Source of the DNA: a virus
Length of the DNA: 64,000 nt
Direction: 5' to 3' (one strand)
Virus record (IMG/VR): IMGVR_UViG_3300024955_000001
Location: 1 to 64,000 of that record
Positions within the stretch are counted from its first letter, which is position 1. Each line of letters starts with the position of its first letter. A model generated the notes under the pieces. It had not been told where the DNA came from. It made no database searches and saw only the letters and a program-made list of their open reading frames with translations. Made by a program: the position numbers and the translations under genes. Below, in pieces: positions 60,889 through 64,000 of the stretch.

Positions 60889-62018
60889 TGACCACCACAA
60901 CGAACCATGATCTGGCCCAGCGCCTGCGCGACGCCTGCACATCGGTGCGCGCCAAGAGCTACCCACTGGCCGACCTGATTCCGCTGATGCAGCAGGCGGC
61001 CGATGCACTATCGCGGCCAGTGATCAAACTGGGGGCAGCTCCCGACGAACTGCCGGAGCACGTCACCGATGCGGTGGCGACCGCCCTGGGCGATGCCTAC
61101 GACTGCACGCGCGTCTGGCAAGCGTGGAGCCACGGCACCATGAGCAGCGATGACTTCCGCCTAGTAGCGGAGGATGGTGAGCGAGTGGCGGAAATTGCCA
61201 AAGCTGCCATCGACGCAGACCGCACAGCGCGGGCAATGCCCAGCGAGGGCGTGGTGCGCGCGCTCTGGATTGCCTATGGTGGCGAGTTCCATGGCCCGAC
61301 CATTGAAACAGGCACCATGCCCGAGGCGAAGCTGCTGCCGTTCCTGCAGTCGCTGGCGGCCAACGCGGGCGGTACGACCGGGGCCGAGCTGCAGCTGCTG
61401 CACACCCTGCTCTATACGGCGCAGCGCTGTACCGGAGAGGTGCAAAAGCAGGCGATCAACGACGCCAGGATCGTACTGGCGCGCATGCGTGCCGGGCATG
61501 GAGGCTCTGCGGTTTGCGCGACCTGCAACGACAACGGCATGATCGGTGGTCCGAGCTACCACCAGCCGGACGAAGGCGGCGTACCCTGCCCCGAATGCTC
61601 CACCCAGGCAGCCCCAACAGAGCAGCAGGCCTACGACATGGGCGCGAAGGGCGCCCCGGCCACGGACGCCGAGCGCCTGCTTTTTGAGGCATGGATGCGT
61701 GGGCACTGCTGGGCTCTGTGCGCAACGTGGGATGGGAAGGGCTATCGGAGCGATGCTGAGCAAGGCGGCAACATCGACCCACGGGCAATGAACACGCGCC
61801 AACTTTGGGCCGCATGGCGCGACCGTGCAGCGCTCGCCGCCCCACAACAGCCTGCAGTAGCAGCGGGGCGTGAGCAGATTGCAGAAGCCGCATTGTGCAA
61901 GGTGCTGGCTGCGGTGCAGCGCTACCTGCCACCAGACGGCCCGAATGCCAACGACACGCTGTCCGAAATCATCGAAATCGTTGACCCCTGGCCGCTGGGC
62001 CCTCTGGAGAAATCATGA
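60888..62018 (+). CDS. Hypothetical multi-domain protein with a CxxC..CxxC knuckle
   Basis: CATCNDNGMIGG..CPEC at 61515-61598. ATGA-type coupling to the J-domain gene. Confidence 0.65.
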   Translation: MTTTTNHDLAQRLRDACTSVRAKSYPLADLIPLMQQAADALSRPVIKLGAAPDELPEHVTDAVATALGDAYDCTRVWQAWSHGTMSSDDFRLVAEDGERVAEIAKAAIDADRTARAMPSEGVVRALWIAYGGEFHGPTIETGTMPEAKLLPFLQSLAANAGGTTGAELQLLHTLLYTAQRCTGEVQKQAINDARIVLARMRAGHGGSAVCATCNDNGMIGGPSYHQPDEGGVPCPECSTQAAPTEQQAYDMGAKGAPATDAERLLFEAWMRGHCWALCATWDGKGYRSDAEQGGNIDPRAMNTRQLWAAWRDRAALAAPQQPAVAAGREQIAEAALCKVLAAVQRYLPPDGPNANDTLSEIIEIVDPWPLGPLEKS

Positions 62019-62275
62019 GTACCAAGACCATTCCAGCGCAAACCATCAAGACCTGCGACCGCTGCGGCGTCACGATGGATCGGGGCAACTCTCGCCAAGA
62101 GGGGAAGCTAACGCTCAATGCCCACGCGCTGGACATGCACGGTCATGCCTGCGCCGACGCAACACGCAAGTTCGATCTGTGTGATTCGTGCCTGTACAGC
62201 GTTGCAAAGGCAATCGACTCGGCCATGAAGCCCCTCCCCCCTGCTTCATCTACTGAGGGAGAGCGGAATGGGTGA
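62015..62275 (+). CDS. Small Cys-rich (zinc-finger-like) protein
   Basis: CDRC..CDSC motif. Confidence 0.55.
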   Translation: MSTKTIPAQTIKTCDRCGVTMDRGNSRQEGKLTLNAHALDMHGHACADATRKFDLCDSCLYSVAKAIDSAMKPLPPASSTEGERNG

Positions 62276-62573
62276 ACTCAAGGACAACGAGAAGGCCTAC
62301 GACGAAGAAATCGCCCCGGCCCTGCTCGCGCTTGGCAAGCGCTGCGAGGAACTTGGGATGCCGTTTTTAGCTGTCGCTGAGTGGGCGCCTGGTCAGATCG
62401 GGCGCACCGAAGCGTCACCGCCAGAAACAGGCCTCGCTTTCAGAATCATCCAGTACGCAGCCCGCGCGACCCCCAACTTCGACAGCTTGGCGATCAACCT
62501 GATCCGCTACTGCCGCACCAACAACATCGACACCAGCGCGAGCATGTTTCTGTCTCGCTTTTCCAAGGATTGA
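62268..62573 (+). CDS. Hypothetical protein
   Basis: 101-codon ORF. Confidence 0.55.
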   Translation: MGELKDNEKAYDEEIAPALLALGKRCEELGMPFLAVAEWAPGQIGRTEASPPETGLAFRIIQYAARATPNFDSLAINLIRYCRTNNIDTSASMFLSRFSKD

Positions 62574-62576
62574 GCC

Positions 62577-63317
62577 ATGACCAACACCACCGTATCGGCA
62601 GAACTGCCGGAAGCGCTGCGACTGGCTGATGCTATTGACCCGTTCGTGCGCAAAGAAAGACCTGACCATCTGACTTCCAAGGTTGCGGCAGACGAACTGC
62701 GCCGCCTCCACGCCCAGGTCGAGGCACTCAGCGCAGCGCAGGCAGGGGTGCCTAGCGATGCGATGGTGGAAGCCTACCTGCAGGCCCAGCGGCGCGCATG
62801 CGAAGAAGCCGACCGTTATTGGGGTGGTCCGAGCATTGGCGCCCTACACACCAACACCGTGCGCGATGCGTGCCGTGCTGGCCTGAAAGCCGCGCTCGCC
62901 GCAGCACCCCAGCCCAGCCCATCCCCTGCGCCAGCCCAGCCGGGGCAGGAGGGGGAGCGCGACTACCCGCCGCTGCCTGAGCCTGACCTCGGCATGCCAT
63001 GGCGCGTGAATGCAAAGTCCGATGGCGCTGCGCATTCCTCTGGCTTCACATACACCCAGATGCGCGCCTACGTTGACGCCGACCGCGCAGCCCGTGCCGC
63101 ACCACAGCCAGCAACGGCAGATGCGGTGGATGCGCGAATCACTGCAATTGAGCAGGCAATCCGCGACTACCACTATGCGCTGGACACTCGGCAGCATGGC
63201 GGCGTGGCGCAGGATCGGGCGTTCAACGCGATCAGCAACGCCATGGGCATGCACTGGACGCAGGGCGAGGAATCGGCGCGCCGCGCCCTGTCCGCGCAAC
63301 CCGGAGGCACGTCATGA
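62577..63317 (+). CDS. Hypothetical protein
   Basis: 246-codon ORF. Confidence 0.6.
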   Translation: MTNTTVSAELPEALRLADAIDPFVRKERPDHLTSKVAADELRRLHAQVEALSAAQAGVPSDAMVEAYLQAQRRACEEADRYWGGPSIGALHTNTVRDACRAGLKAALAAAPQPSPSPAPAQPGQEGERDYPPLPEPDLGMPWRVNAKSDGAAHSSGFTYTQMRAYVDADRAARAAPQPATADAVDARITAIEQAIRDYHYALDTRQHGGVAQDRAFNAISNAMGMHWTQGEESARRALSAQPGGTS

Positions 63318-63901
63318 GCGAGCAAGGCGAACTGCTGGAACTGGTGCACACACCGATCCGCCCGCCGCGCGCTGGCACACCAGGAGAGGGTATCTATCTG
63401 CAGCTATGGCAGGACTACATGGCCGCCGATCCAAACCGCCTGCACACCATCCTCTGGAGCACGGGCAGTAGTGTTGGCCAGCGCGAGGCCTCGGTGTGCG
63501 CGTCGTTCATGACTTTCATGGGATGCAACTGCGGGAGCGGCTTCACGCACGCTGCCGAGCAGATGCTGACTATCGGCGTTCAGAGCAGTCCATCGACCAG
63601 CGCCGAAGGGCGTTTCCTGATGGCCTGGGCGCTGGAAAACAGGCGCCATCGCGGTGTCGATGGTGGCATCCGCACCATCGAGGCAATGCTGGCGAAGTCT
63701 GATGCTTTCGTGTCCACGTCCTTTGACCGCCGAGTGGATTGGGATGCGTTCTCTGACATCACCACCACCGACTACGACACCGTGGAATGCATGGTTGCCT
63801 GGTGGGCTTGCCGTGACGCCACAGAAATGCGTTCCATCGCCAAGCCAATGATCGAGGCCGAGAACAAACGGATTCAGAGCCGTCTTTTCAAGCATCAATA
63901 A
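63314..63901 (+). CDS. Hypothetical protein
   Basis: 195-codon ORF with ATGA coupling. Confidence 0.6.
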   Translation: MSEQGELLELVHTPIRPPRAGTPGEGIYLQLWQDYMAADPNRLHTILWSTGSSVGQREASVCASFMTFMGCNCGSGFTHAAEQMLTIGVQSSPSTSAEGRFLMAWALENRRHRGVDGGIRTIEAMLAKSDAFVSTSFDRRVDWDAFSDITTTDYDTVECMVAWWACRDATEMRSIAKPMIEAENKRIQSRLFKHQ

Positions 63902-63924
63902 ACCGCTCAACACGAGGACCACCA

Positions 63925-64000
63925 ATGTCCATTGAACTTGTGCAAGCAATCGGCACGTACATCGTCAGTCCTATCTGCGGGCTGGTGGCTCTTGCAATCA
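63925..64000 (+). CDS. Partial ORF (5' end only), hydrophobic N-terminus
   Basis: GAGGA RBS and ATG 63925 (MSIELVQAIGTYIVSPICGLVALAI..). Truncated by the window edge. Confidence 0.45.
   Translation, partial: MSIELVQAIGTYIVSPICGLVALAI

Noticed and set aside
1-64000. A window-wide look for CRISPR arrays, tRNA, tmRNA or rRNA genes, IS elements, and known defence operons (R-M, Abi, TA, CBASS, retrons).
   Set aside because: I noticed no regularly spaced repeat array, no cloverleaf or tRNA-like ends, no transposase, and no recognisable stand-alone defence-gene signatures. The only methyltransferase and helicase motifs belong to the giant virion protein.

Overview
The whole 64-kb window is one temperate-phage (prophage) genome segment in GC-rich DNA, about 60-65% GC by eye.

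Layout, left to right:
- A P4-type integrase on the plus strand.
- A two-gene cargo pair bounded by a bidirectional terminator.
- A ~40-kb minus-strand late region, read right to left: small genes, TerS, TerL, portal, scaffold, major capsid, virion and ejection proteins, a 4,301-codon polyvalent methyltransferase/helicase gene, tail-fibre genes, and a six-gene translationally coupled lysis cassette.
- A minus-strand lambdoid early-right operon: cro-like gene, O-like initiator with an internal iteron origin, P-like loader, RuvC-like and nin-type nucleases, and a Rha/KilAC antirepressor.
- A divergent cI (S24 peptidase) plus signal-peptide HNH immunity operon.
- A plus-strand early-left operon that runs off the right edge: long untranslated leader, lipoprotein, ERF annealase, exonuclease, DUF2303, J-domain protein and many small ORFs.

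I recognise no tape-measure, tube or sheath genes, so morphogenesis looks podovirus-like. I saw no tRNA, rRNA, CRISPR array, transposase or reverse transcriptase. The att sites were not identified; the right prophage end is outside the window.

Most noteworthy observations:
1. A 99-codon ORF with its own RBS and normal codon bias is overprinted in the +1 frame of the giant gene, exactly at the linker before its methyltransferase module.
2. An oriented 12-nt motif (CCCNGYATAGGG on the coding strand) occurs 8 times, only in front of late-gene modules.
3. An antisense, lower-GC membrane-protein moron is wedged into the late operon. It shares the peptide motif N-x-FDQFD with the extreme N-terminus of the giant ejection protein.
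4. A ~540-nt apparently non-coding, hairpin-rich leader with a boxA-like element follows the PL-like promoter, upstream of an operon punctuated by intrinsic terminators.
5. A signal-peptide HNH nuclease sits in the rexAB-equivalent slot after cI, and DUF2829 (Tad2-family)-like cargo sits next to int.

All family assignments come from motif recognition by eye and memory. No searches were run. Start codons were adjusted by hand.
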